NCBI GenBank assembly: GCA_022652945.1 | Contig: JALCRV010000003.1 | Span: forward strand, 88,128-152,127 | Direction of reading: 5' to 3' | Source: Bacilli bacterium | GTDB taxonomy: Bacteria > Bacillota_I > Bacilli_A > RFN20 > CAG-288 | Length of the DNA: 64,000 nt | Part shown: one piece after another, positions 26,277-34,273 of the stretch | Layout of the letters: every line of letters begins with the position of its first letter | Position numbering within the stretch: position 1 is the stretch's first letter | Notes under the pieces: model-generated | Seen by the model: the letters and a program-made list of their open reading frames with translations, nothing else | The model's database searches: none | What the model was told of the DNA's origin: nothing | Program-made: the position numbers and the translations under genes

Positions 26277-27185
26277 TCAGATATCAGCTAGCATATCGAC
26301 TTCGCAGCTGTTGGTCTCTTCACATTTGATTGTGAGATCAGCCATCCTTTTACCTAGCTTCACCCCTTCTTTTAAGGAACGACCTTTTAACAAGGAGTAA
26401 ATAACGCCGGAATATAAAGCATCTCCTGCGCCATTGGTAGAAACAACATTTTCTATCTTATCAGCTTTAAGGAAGCTTACCCCTGCTTTTTTACTGCCGA
26501 AGTAGATCCCGTTCGCTCCATTTGTAACAATGGCGTTAAGGACTCCTTTATCTAAAATAGCCTGACAGATCTGTTCCGGCTCCAGGTCTTGACCTATTAG
26601 AGTCTTAGCCTCTAAGTAATTGCAGGATAGGACTGAAAGGTAAGAAAGGAAATCTCTGAATTTAACGATCTTCGCCGCGGACACACCCTCGACAAAAAGA
26701 CGTCTGTCTTTATAGTTATCCACAATATATTGGATAGTTGGGATATCTAAATTCGAATCGATAACGATGTTGTGGTACAAATCAATCGTGGTTTTCATCC
26801 TTATCAGATAAGACCAGTTAAGATTAGCGAAGACTCTTGAATCCACCACTGCGATCTCCAGATCGTTATTTTCGTTATTGATGGCCAGATATGTAGCGGT
26901 CGGATAATGAGGAATCGGGGATAGGACTTTAACCCCTAAATGGGTCATATGCTCCAAGATATCTTTACCGTTTTGATCATCTCCTAAAGGAGTGATAAAA
27001 AGAGGCTTGATACCAAGGCGAGCCAAATTCTCTGTAATATTTCTCATGACTCCTCCAAACGAAACATGGAGAGAGCCGATATTGGAGTCTTTATAAATCA
27101 GTTTCTTTTTAGGGGTGGCAAGATAATCAATATCGCTGCCACCGATCAGAAGAATATCTTCAGTTTCAAGGTTCTCTTGGTTCAT
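26277..27185 (-). CDS. PfkB-family carbohydrate/nucleoside kinase (pseudouridine-kinase-like)
   Basis: It has 'LLIGGSDIDY', 'FGGVMRNITENLARLG' and 'TNGAGDALYSG'. It lies 37 nt upstream of guaA on the same strand. Confidence 0.75.
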   Translation of the reverse strand: MNQENLETEDILLIGGSDIDYLATPKKKLIYKDSNIGSLHVSFGGVMRNITENLARLGIKPLFITPLGDDQNGKDILEHMTHLGVKVLSPIPHYPTATYLAINNENNDLEIAVVDSRVFANLNWSYLIRMKTTIDLYHNIVIDSNLDIPTIQYIVDNYKDRRLFVEGVSAAKIVKFRDFLSYLSVLSCNYLEAKTLIGQDLEPEQICQAILDKGVLNAIVTNGANGIYFGSKKAGVSFLKADKIENVVSTNGAGDALYSGVIYSLLKGRSLKEGVKLGKRMADLTIKCEETNSCEVDMLADI

Positions 27186-27258
27186 ATTAAGTCCTAGCTG
27201 ATATTAAAGAGTATAGCATAGAGCGCCGGTTTTTAATGGAGCAATGAGAACGAAAACT

Positions 27259-27290
27259 AAAAAAGGAGCCGGATATTGCTTCGGCTCCTT
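27259..27290 (-). terminator. Rho-independent terminator of the 27303-28445 gene
   Basis: The minus strand reads AAGGAGCCG-aagcaatatc-CGGCTCCTT followed by TTTTTT. Confidence 0.8.
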
Positions 27291-27302
27291 AATCAATCAA
27301 GA

Positions 27303-28445
27303 CTACTTCTTTTCGGCTTTCTTCTCTTTCGGTTCTTTCTTGGCAATCTTCGCTTCATCCATCATATCGGCAATGAGCTTCTTAGCTCTGTTGACCGACA
27401 AAGTGGATCTGACTTTGAAGACCATCGGGACATCCTCGTAGATCTTCTTGCTGGAGGCATCGCCGTGAGGAATCGGAGTATTGTCATACTTCTTCGGATC
27501 AAGCTTGAAGTACAGCTTTAATTTAGTTCCAGCAACCGTAGCCTTCATATACTTAACTTTATGGAGACGGAAGGTATCACCAGAAGAGGTGACTCTGGAC
27601 TTAATTCCGTAGGAGAGAATTTCAGCTTTGATTTCTTTATAGGCATCTTTGACGACCTGATCAGACTTCTTTAACTTAGTCGGGAACGGAACTCTGATAA
27701 AGGCTTTCTTCTTATCAGCAACAGCAGCAGCCGGGGCAGCGACAACAGCCGGAGCGGGCTCTTCTGCAGGCTTTTCTTCTTCTTTCGGCTCTTCTTGTTT
27801 CGGCTCTTCTTCTTTCTTTTCTTCAGCAGGTTTTTCTTCTTCGACGTGTTTGGCATCTTCCTGCTTCGGCTCTTCTTCTTTCTTCTCTTCTTCGACCGGA
27901 GCCGGTTCAATCGCTTCCTCAGGCTCTTTAGCTAAGAGGCAGCGGAGGATGACATAAAGATTGAAGATGACATAGAGAACAGCGAAGACGAACATAACTA
28001 AGAAGGCAATCTTCAGAGCTCTGGAATAAGCGGCGCTGACATAAGCGGTGCTATTAGCTCCGAAAAGCTGACCGTAGATCTGGGAAATCTTTCCCCAGGC
28101 ACGTCCACCAGCTAACAAAGCCCATTCGCAGGAGAGGAAGAATAAGACGTTGTAGATCTTCCCGACCTTGAAGAAGCCATTGTCTTCGCGCTTATGGAAT
28201 AAAACTTCTAAGAGGATGAAGAGCAGTAATAAGCCAATTACGCAAATCCCAATCAGGATTCCGCCGGTGCTCTTCCAAAGCGAACCATCGAACATCGCTT
28301 GGAACTCTAGGTATGCTTTTAACCAGCTATCGACAACACCGATTTTGAAAGCATAGAAGAACAGACCGTAGGCGACATAGCAAGCGTACGCAACGATCGC
28401 TATGATGAGGAACTGAATCCTCTTGGCTTTTGTGACATTGCCCAT
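27303..28445 (-). CDS. Membrane protein: N-terminal polytopic domain, K/E/P-rich linker and a basic C-terminal domain of unknown function
   Basis: About five hydrophobic helices come first. They are followed by 'EEEKKEEEPKQEDAKHVEEEKPAEEKKEEEPKQEEPKEEEKPAEEP' and then a ~130-aa Lys-rich globular tail. Confidence 0.6.
   Translation of the reverse strand: MGNVTKAKRIQFLIIAIVAYACYVAYGLFFYAFKIGVVDSWLKAYLEFQAMFDGSLWKSTGGILIGICVIGLLLLFILLEVLFHKREDNGFFKVGKIYNVLFFLSCEWALLAGGRAWGKISQIYGQLFGANSTAYVSAAYSRALKIAFLVMFVFAVLYVIFNLYVILRCLLAKEPEEAIEPAPVEEEKKEEEPKQEDAKHVEEEKPAEEKKEEEPKQEEPKEEEKPAEEPAPAVVAAPAAAVADKKKAFIRVPFPTKLKKSDQVVKDAYKEIKAEILSYGIKSRVTSSGDTFRLHKVKYMKATVAGTKLKLYFKLDPKKYDNTPIPHGDASSKKIYEDVPMVFKVRSTLSVNRAKKLIADMMDEAKIAKKEPKEKKAEKK
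27715..27925 (-). repeat. Coding low-complexity repeat (EEPKQE/EEKPAE units)
   Basis: Reiterated ggctcttcttc/tttcttc DNA units encode the K/E/P linker. Confidence 0.7.
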
Positions 28446-28840
28446 ACATTTTTACCTGGATTATACCAGGTCCTCCTTTGTGGATAACGGAAACTGCTGA
28501 GTAGTAAACTGTTCTGCTTGTGTCTTGGAAAATGCCCAAGGCGCAAAGCTAAAAGAACAATTTTTGCTCATTCATTTAGCATAAATTTATTATACTTTTT
28601 TACTTTTTTTTGTAAATCAAAAGTTGCCCTAAAACCTGAATATTTTCCTATTCTGCCAGAAACAATAATTGCGATTCGCTACTGTTTTTAGAAAAAAGCC
28701 CGATACTAGCGGAATTTTTTAAAGAAATTCGTTAAGCGCGAAAATTGTCGGACTATTGTTATCTTCCACTAAGCAAATTTGCTGAAAGCGGTTACAAAGA
28801 TGTGTTATGATTTAAATAGATAGAAGAAAAGGAGGAACTT

Positions 28841-30052
28841 ATGAATCCTTTATATGTATGTTTCGCCCGTTGCTTCCAAGGTGTGACGTGGGTCGCCCTG
28901 CACTTTTTGAACTTCCGCGAGCCTAAACTTGTCGAAGGTGAGAAGGCTATTGAGGAAATACCAGAGATTTTAAGAAAAGAAGGTCGTAAAGGCGCTCTGA
29001 TTGTCACCGATGATGTTATTTTTAAACTTGGTCTTACTAAGAAATTAGAGGAATCTTTGAAAAATGCTGGGGTTCCTTATGATGTTTTCCACGAAGTCGT
29101 ACCTAACCCGACCGTGAAGAACTGCAACGATGCGCTTAAGTTATATAAAGAAAAGGAATTTGATGCAGTAATTGCTCTAGGTGGCGGTTCTTCCATGGAT
29201 ACCGCTAAAGCGGTAGCCGCGATGTCGACTAATCCTCATCGTCCGATTCAAAAGATGAGGGGCGTATGCAAGATTCCTCATAAGACCGATTTGGTTATCG
29301 CTATTCCGACTACAGCCGGTACGGGATCAGAAGCGACTTTAGCCGCTGTTATCTGCGATCCAGAAACGAAAGATAAATATGCGGTCGAAGACCCGCATAT
29401 CATGCCTTCCTACGCTGTGTTGGAGCCTTCTTTATTAGTCGGATTGCCCGGCAAAGTGACTTCCACCACCGGTATCGATGCGTTATGTCATGCGGTGGAA
29501 TCTTATATCGGAAGAGAGAATACCAAGAAGACGAAGAGGGTAGCCAAGATTGCTATCAAGGAAATCTTCGAGAATCTGGAGAAGTCATATAAAGAGCCGA
29601 AGAATCTAGAATACCGTGCAAAAATGCAGGATGCGGCTTACTGGGCCGGTGTGGCTTTCACCCGTGGATTTGTCGGATACGTTCACTCGATGTCACACGC
29701 TTTAGGAGCCCTTTATAACACTCCTCACGGGTTGGCTATTGCGATTACCTTGCCGTATCTATTAGAAGCTTATGGAAAGAATGCATATAAGAAAGAAGCG
29801 GAATTAGCAGATCTTATCGGAGTCGGCAAAGAAGGAATGACCAGAGAAGAGAAAGCTAAGGCCTTTATCCAAGCAGTGAAAGATTTAGAAAAAGCAATCG
29901 ATATTCCTAATACGATTAAAGGAATCGCTGATCCTAAGGATTTCGAAGTCTTAGCGGAACATGCGGTTAAAGAAGCTAATCCTTTATATCCGGTTCCGAA
30001 GATCTTCAATAAGGCGGAGATTATCGAACTATATAAGAAGATGTATATCTAA
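28841..30052 (+). CDS. Iron-containing (group III) alcohol dehydrogenase
   Basis: It has 'IALGGGSSMDTAKA', 'PTTAGTGSE' and His-rich metal-site segments ('CHAVESY', 'VHSMSHALG'). The RBS is AAAGGAGGAA. Confidence 0.9.
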   Translation: MNPLYVCFARCFQGVTWVALHFLNFREPKLVEGEKAIEEIPEILRKEGRKGALIVTDDVIFKLGLTKKLEESLKNAGVPYDVFHEVVPNPTVKNCNDALKLYKEKEFDAVIALGGGSSMDTAKAVAAMSTNPHRPIQKMRGVCKIPHKTDLVIAIPTTAGTGSEATLAAVICDPETKDKYAVEDPHIMPSYAVLEPSLLVGLPGKVTSTTGIDALCHAVESYIGRENTKKTKRVAKIAIKEIFENLEKSYKEPKNLEYRAKMQDAAYWAGVAFTRGFVGYVHSMSHALGALYNTPHGLAIAITLPYLLEAYGKNAYKKEAELADLIGVGKEGMTREEKAKAFIQAVKDLEKAIDIPNTIKGIADPKDFEVLAEHAVKEANPLYPVPKIFNKAEIIELYKKMYI

Positions 30053-30066
30053 AAGATACATCGACG

Positions 30067-30104
30067 AAAAAAGCAAGCTCGGAGACGGGCTTGCTTTTGT
30101 TTTC
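30067..30104. terminator. Rho-independent terminator (Fe-ADH / mntP, convergent)
   Basis: AAGCAAGC-tcggagacgg-GCTTGCTT is flanked by an A-run and a T-run. Confidence 0.75.
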
Positions 30105-30115
30105 AGCTTTCGTTC

Positions 30116-30703
30116 CTAGAAGGAGATATAACCCAAGCCGTTAAGAAGAATCTTTAATCCTAAGAGGACTAAGACGATACCGCCGATGACTTCGGCGATT
30201 TCGTAACGTCCTTTTAAAAGGTCGATAATCTTTCTGCCTAAGAAGATACCTAATAAGCAGATGAGGAATGTGATAACACCGATAAAAGTAATATTAATCC
30301 AGATGTTGATATTGGAGGTTAGAAGGGTGATGCCAATGGCGAAGGCATCGATAGAGACGGCAACACCTTGAATAATGACTTCCTTATAAGAGAATTCCTT
30401 CTTGCTGACATCGCAGGACTTCTTTCTTAAGCCAACGATTCCATCGTAGACCATCTTGCCACCGATGATCAGCAACAAGCCGAAGGCGACCCAGTGATCA
30501 TAGTCTTGAATGGCGGACAAGACAGCCTTACCTAAATAGAAACCAGCTAAAGGGAAAAGGGCCTGGAAAAGGCCAAAGATAAAAGCGATAAAGATCGACT
30601 TATGCTTTTCAATATCTGAATACGCTAAACCATCGCAAATGGAGACTGTGAAGGCATCCATCGCTAAGGAGATAGAAAGCAATACAAGGTATAAATAATC
30701 CAT
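30116..30703 (-). CDS. mntP: Manganese efflux pump MntP family
   Basis: It has the duplicated 'MDAFTVSI' / 'IDAFAIGITL' motifs and six TM segments. The Met at 30703 (MDYLYLV...) fits family N-termini. The ORF is open to 30760. Confidence 0.85.
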   Translation of the reverse strand: MDYLYLVLLSISLAMDAFTVSICDGLAYSDIEKHKSIFIAFIFGLFQALFPLAGFYLGKAVLSAIQDYDHWVAFGLLLIIGGKMVYDGIVGLRKKSCDVSKKEFSYKEVIIQGVAVSIDAFAIGITLLTSNINIWINITFIGVITFLICLLGIFLGRKIIDLLKGRYEIAEVIGGIVLVLLGLKILLNGLGYISF

Positions 30704-31122
30704 GTTCGTGTGTAGAAACGTTTTTAATAATATCACGGAGGAATAGTGCTTGAAAAGCATTATTTGCAGTCATTCATGATTGTTTGTCTTTTTTCCCGTA
30801 TAAGAGATAAAAATAAAGATGATTTTTCCTAAAAACTATCTTGAAAGGGCCTATATCTTTTGAAGGGAAGAAAAAGATGGAACGGGTAAGGGAGAAAAAG
30901 CACTTCTTAAAGGAAAAGAAGATTATGGAAGTGGAGATTTGGCTTTCAGACTCCAAAGGGTTTCTTCGTCGTAAATTCAAGAAGCGAGATTGTTTAGATA
31001 AAGAAGAAGGATATGTGAAGACAATTATCCATTTTGTCAATTAAAGCGTGGCGGTGGGGACGGATAAGATATATCCTTTATATAGGTATTTATTTTTGAG
31101 GTTAAATCAGGAGGAAAAATAT

Positions 31123-31449
31123 ATGGATTCTCTAGAGACTTTGAAAGAAGAGATTGCGAAGTTTGTTCACGATCGTGACTGGGATCAATTCCATTCACCA
31201 GCTAATTTGGCTAAGTCTATTTCCATTGAAGCTAACGAATTGTTGGAATGTTTCCAATGGGATGAAGAGCATTTTGATAACGAAGCTGTAAAAGAAGAAC
31301 TGGCGGACGTGATCAATTACTGCATCCAGATGTCTTTAGTCTTGAATGTCGATATTAAAACAATCGTTGAAGATAAACTGAGAAAAACTGAAAAGAAGTA
31401 CCCGGTTGAGAAATGCAAAGGAAAGTCTACTAAGTACAATAAGTTATAA
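31123..31449 (+). CDS. MazG-like nucleotide pyrophosphohydrolase (YpjD-like)
   Basis: It has 'RDWDQFHSPANLAKSISIEANELLECFQW' and 'EELADVINYC'. The RBS CAGGAGGAAAAA precedes the ATG at 31123. The ORF is open from 31048. Confidence 0.8.
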   Translation: MDSLETLKEEIAKFVHDRDWDQFHSPANLAKSISIEANELLECFQWDEEHFDNEAVKEELADVINYCIQMSLVLNVDIKTIVEDKLRKTEKKYPVEKCKGKSTKYNKL

Positions 31450-31512
31450 AAAGCCCTTAATTTGCATTAAAATCAAATTAAAAGCATACTATTAATACCA
31501 GAGGTAAACGAT

Positions 31513-32352
31513 ATGAAGAAAGCTATCATGGCCATCATGTACGATTTCGATAAAACGCTCTCTTTAGACTACATGCAAAACTACGGCTTTATCCAAGCTT
31601 TAGGCATGACTCCGGAAGAGTTCTGGAAAGAGACGAATGATTTTTCAAATAAGTACGGAGCGGATAAGACTCTTTCTTATATGTATATGATGATTCTTAA
31701 GTGCAAGGAAAAGAATATTCCTTTGACAAAGGAATGGCTCGGATCTTTAGGAACTAACATCAAATTCTTTAAGGGAGTCACCACTTGGTTTAAGAGAATC
31801 AATGATTACGGATTGTCTAAAGGCGTCCAAGTCGAGCACTATCTGATCTCTTCAGGTAACAAGGAAATCGTCGATGGCTGCTTGATCGCTAAGGAGTTTA
31901 AGAAGATCTTCGGTTGTGAATTTATCTTCGACGGTCCGAAAAATGAACCGGTCTGGCCGAAGTTTGCGATTAACTATACGCAAAAGACCCAGTATTTCTT
32001 CCGTATTTCTAAAGGTGCCTTAAATCCTTCCGATGAAGAACAAGTAAATACTAAATCACCTAAGAGAAGAATCCCTTATCACAACATGGTTTACCTGGGG
32101 GATGGAATGACTGATATCCCAGCGATGATTCTCGTCCATAATAATGGCGGCAATTCTATCGCCCTTTATTCCCACGGTTCTAAGAAGAGCGACGTAGTTC
32201 AGCTTTTAAAAGACGATCGGGTTAACTATATCTGCCGAGCCGATTATTCCGCCGGCTCAGAACTCGATACGGTTATGAAGCTTATCGTCGACTCCATCTC
32301 CATCAAGAATACCTTGGAAAGAAAGCAGGAGAAGACAGTCGTTAAAGAATAG
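31513..32352 (+). CDS. HAD-superfamily hydrolase
   Basis: It has motif I 'MYDFDKTLS' (DxDxT) and motif IV 'LGDGMTDIPAM'. Confidence 0.75.
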   Translation: MKKAIMAIMYDFDKTLSLDYMQNYGFIQALGMTPEEFWKETNDFSNKYGADKTLSYMYMMILKCKEKNIPLTKEWLGSLGTNIKFFKGVTTWFKRINDYGLSKGVQVEHYLISSGNKEIVDGCLIAKEFKKIFGCEFIFDGPKNEPVWPKFAINYTQKTQYFFRISKGALNPSDEEQVNTKSPKRRIPYHNMVYLGDGMTDIPAMILVHNNGGNSIALYSHGSKKSDVVQLLKDDRVNYICRADYSAGSELDTVMKLIVDSISIKNTLERKQEKTVVKE

Positions 32353-32370
32353 AAGCCAACAAGGCAAATG

Positions 32371-32402
32371 AAAGGGACAGCCTTCTAACGCTGTCCCTTT
32401 TA
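32371..32402. terminator. Bidirectional rho-independent terminator
   Basis: AAGGGACAGC-cttctaac-GCTGTCCCTT followed by TTT. Confidence 0.75.
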
Positions 32403-32423
32403 TGATGCCTGATTAAAGATAAT

Positions 32424-33023
32424 CTATAGACGTTTGCCGCACTTTTTGCAGAAGACAGCATCGCCATCGTTGATGGTGCCGCAGTCGGGGCATAACTTAG
32501 TCGGCTTGCTGGCATTTAAGGGTTTAGGAAGCTTGGCTCCGCAGGTGGTGCAGAAAGCCATGCCGGCGGGGTTCTTAGCTCCGCAGATCGGGCAGGTGAC
32601 TCCACCTTCCGAGACAGAATCAATACTGGAGGTAGTATCAGCAGCTTTCTCCGGGAAAATAGTTGAATGTGCTTCCTGAGGTTCGCTGGGTTGATTTGTT
32701 GTGTTGCCACCAAAGAGATGAATGCCGTTTTGATTGGATTTATTGAAGTTCATCGAAGAACCATTGGCGGTTCTGAATCCGTTTCCGCGGCTGAAGGAAA
32801 ATAATAAAGAGCCGACGAAAAGCAAAGCGAATCCTCCGAATGAGAACAGGACAATAAAAGGAGACATAAAATCCTGTCCGGTTAAGGCGGAAGAGAAGGC
32901 GATGATGAAAGGAGTGAAAAACAGACCGAAACCCAGAACCATTAAAATGATTGAGAGGACTTTAAAGACTTTCTTTCGTTTTTCTTGCCCTTCGTTTTTA
33001 TTTGGATTCGGATTGTATTCCAT
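32424..33023 (-). CDS. 2-TM membrane protein with a C-terminal double zinc ribbon
   Basis: It has two hydrophobic helices and then 'CPICGAKNPAGMAFCTTCGAKL...CPDCGTINDGDAVFCKKCGKRL'. The RBS AAAGGAG precedes the ATG at 33023. The ORF is open to 33047. Confidence 0.7.
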   Translation of the reverse strand: MEYNPNPNKNEGQEKRKKVFKVLSIILMVLGFGLFFTPFIIAFSSALTGQDFMSPFIVLFSFGGFALLFVGSLLFSFSRGNGFRTANGSSMNFNKSNQNGIHLFGGNTTNQPSEPQEAHSTIFPEKAADTTSSIDSVSEGGVTCPICGAKNPAGMAFCTTCGAKLPKPLNASKPTKLCPDCGTINDGDAVFCKKCGKRL

Positions 33024-33090
33024 TGTTCTTTTCTCCTTTAATAACAACAGTAGTATATTGCTGTTTAAGATTAAAAAGAAACAGTTTAAC

Positions 33091-33110
33091 TAAAAAAGCC
33101 TCTCGGCTTG
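33091..33110 (-). terminator. Weak terminator after the 35-aa ORF
   Basis: The minus strand reads AAGCC-gaga-GGCTT followed by TTTTTT. The stem is short. Confidence 0.35.
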
Positions 33111-33181
33111 AAGGTGGGACAAAACTTAATAGATGTTTTGTTTTCTTTAAGTGTAGCGAGGCTTATAAACGGAGAGTTTAA

Positions 33182-33289
33182 TTAAGCTTTCTTCTGATCG
33201 TTAGCGTTAGTAGCCGGCTGAGGGTTGGCTTGCGTATTAGTAGCCTTCACATCAGCAGTCTGAACGTTCTTCTTATTCTTCTTGCTCAT
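33182..33289 (-). CDS. Small hydrophilic protein (35 aa), absent from the ORF track
   Basis: An ATG is preceded by AAGGAGGT at an 8-nt spacing. It encodes MSKKNKKNVQTADVKATNTQANPQPATNANDQKKA, and a hairpin plus T-run follows. Confidence 0.45.
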   Translation of the reverse strand: MSKKNKKNVQTADVKATNTQANPQPATNANDQKKA

Positions 33290-33574
33290 GCTCTTTTACC
33301 TCCTTGGCGAAGAATGTTATATATCCATTTATAAAGGGAAGCAAGGATTAAACGTGAGATTTACTATTTAGGGATAAAGGGGGAGTTAAAAACTTAATTC
33401 ACAATGATTTTTTAAGGGCGGATAGAGCCAAGAATAATACTTTTCTTCCTTTAAAACATCACCGTTTTTTAATGGGTGGGAAAATAAGCCTAAATAAGCG
33501 GACCTAACGGTCTATTGTAAGGATTCAAACAGTTAATATAGGCCGATTTTTAGGCCTGTTTTATATGTGTGGCA

Positions 33575-33604
33575 TTAGAAAAAAGCACATAAAAATGGTA
33601 TAAT
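33575..33604 (+). promoter_or_regulatory. Putative promoter of the TIR-like gene (TTAGAA-18-TGgTATAAT extended -10)
   Basis: A perfect TATAAT sits at 33599-33604 with TG at 33596-33597, 42 nt upstream of the ATG. A TAACC/GGTTA hairpin lies in the leader. Confidence 0.4.
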
Positions 33605-33646
33605 TTACTTAACCTGAGATTTGCGGGTTAGATAAGAAGGTATCAG

Positions 33647-34192
33647 ATGGAAAACGAAAACAAGCCTTTAAAGGCCTTCGTTTGTTGCTTTGATGACGAT
33701 AAGGCTTACGAGGAAAAACTCCAAGCTCTTTTAGGCGAGGAAAATATCGTCCTCGGTTCGAAGTTCAAAGATGCGGACACTAAAGACGTTAAAGCCTTTA
33801 TGAAGTCTTTAAGAGAAGGTGAATTAAAAGACACCAACGTGACTATCGTCCTGATCGGAGAGAATACGTGGAAACGTAAGTTGATCGATCTGGAGGTCTT
33901 GGCCTCCATGCAGGATGACCCTGCTAAAAAGAGAAACGGTATCATCGGGTTGATTCTTCCTAGCCGTCCCGATTATCAGAAGGGTCATTTTTACCGTTAC
34001 ACGATTCCGCAAAGAGTCTACGATAACTATCCCAACGGATACGTGAAGATTTATAACTGGAAAGAGGATGCCGGGTTTGTTAAACGGATCATGGCTAAGT
34101 CGGTTGAGAGAAAGGATATGCTGGTTCCTAACTTGGATCGGGCGCCTTACTCTAAAAACAAAGCTCCGACAGCTAAGAAGTGGGATAAGTAA
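33647..34192 (+). CDS. ThsB-like TIR-like domain protein (DUF1863-type)
   Basis: 'KAFVCCFDDD...' together with 'DTNVTIVLIGENTWKRKLIDLEVLASM...NGIIGLILP...VKIYNWKE' follows the ThsB/TIR-like pattern: FxSF-xxD, then VxxVLIGxxTxxRxWVxxEI, then IIGIxL. Confidence 0.65.
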   Translation: MENENKPLKAFVCCFDDDKAYEEKLQALLGEENIVLGSKFKDADTKDVKAFMKSLREGELKDTNVTIVLIGENTWKRKLIDLEVLASMQDDPAKKRNGIIGLILPSRPDYQKGHFYRYTIPQRVYDNYPNGYVKIYNWKEDAGFVKRIMAKSVERKDMLVPNLDRAPYSKNKAPTAKKWDK

Positions 34193-34204
34193 CTAAAAGT
34201 CCAT

Positions 34205-34273
34205 AAAAAAAGCAGAGCTGGAGATCGTTGATTCTTAGATGTTTCAGCAATCAACCTGAGCTCTGCTTTTTTT
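34205..34273. terminator. Long bidirectional terminator hairpin between the convergent TIR-like and repeat-protein genes
   Basis: The outer stem is AAAAAAAGCAGAGCT...AGCTCTGCTTTTTTT and the inner stem is GTTGATT...AATCAAC. Confidence 0.75.

Noticed and set aside
27186-27258. A purine or guanine riboswitch ahead of the PfkB kinase-guaA operon.
   Set aside because: Only ~70 nt separate the upstream terminator from the start codon. The conserved purine-riboswitch junction sequences are not present.
27244-27521. The plus-strand ORFs 27244-27441 and 27276-27521.
   Set aside because: They run through the minus-strand terminator and antisense to the 3' end of the 27303-28445 gene. They have no RBS and an implausible composition.
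28446-28840. A possible regulatory RNA or leader in the 395-bp spacer between the membrane-protein gene and Fe-ADH. It contains a CCTGG-TATAAT-CCAGG hairpin and an AAAGGAGGA ~26 nt from the minus-strand ATG.
   Set aside because: The SD-like sequence is too far from the start codon. The TATAAT inside the hairpin has no convincing -35 box. I recognised no known riboswitch core, so the evidence is insufficient for a call.
30761-31047. A canonical yybP-ykoY Mn2+ riboswitch upstream of mntP, and the two ORFs 30774-31040 (-) and 30841-31044 (+).
   Set aside because: I found no GGGGAGUAG or AGCAAGACC core on the minus strand. The two ORFs are low-complexity (K/E-rich or F/S-rich) mirror images of purine/pyrimidine-skewed DNA and have no RBS. 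I kept only a low-interest note about the long leader.
31123-34192. A complete Thoeris system, or a MazG/HAD nucleotide-depletion defence module, around the TIR-like gene.
   Set aside because: No SIR2/SLOG/Macro (ThsA-like) gene is present. The MazG-like (YpjD-type) and HAD genes look like common housekeeping genes. They are separated from the TIR gene by terminators and by genes on the opposite strand.
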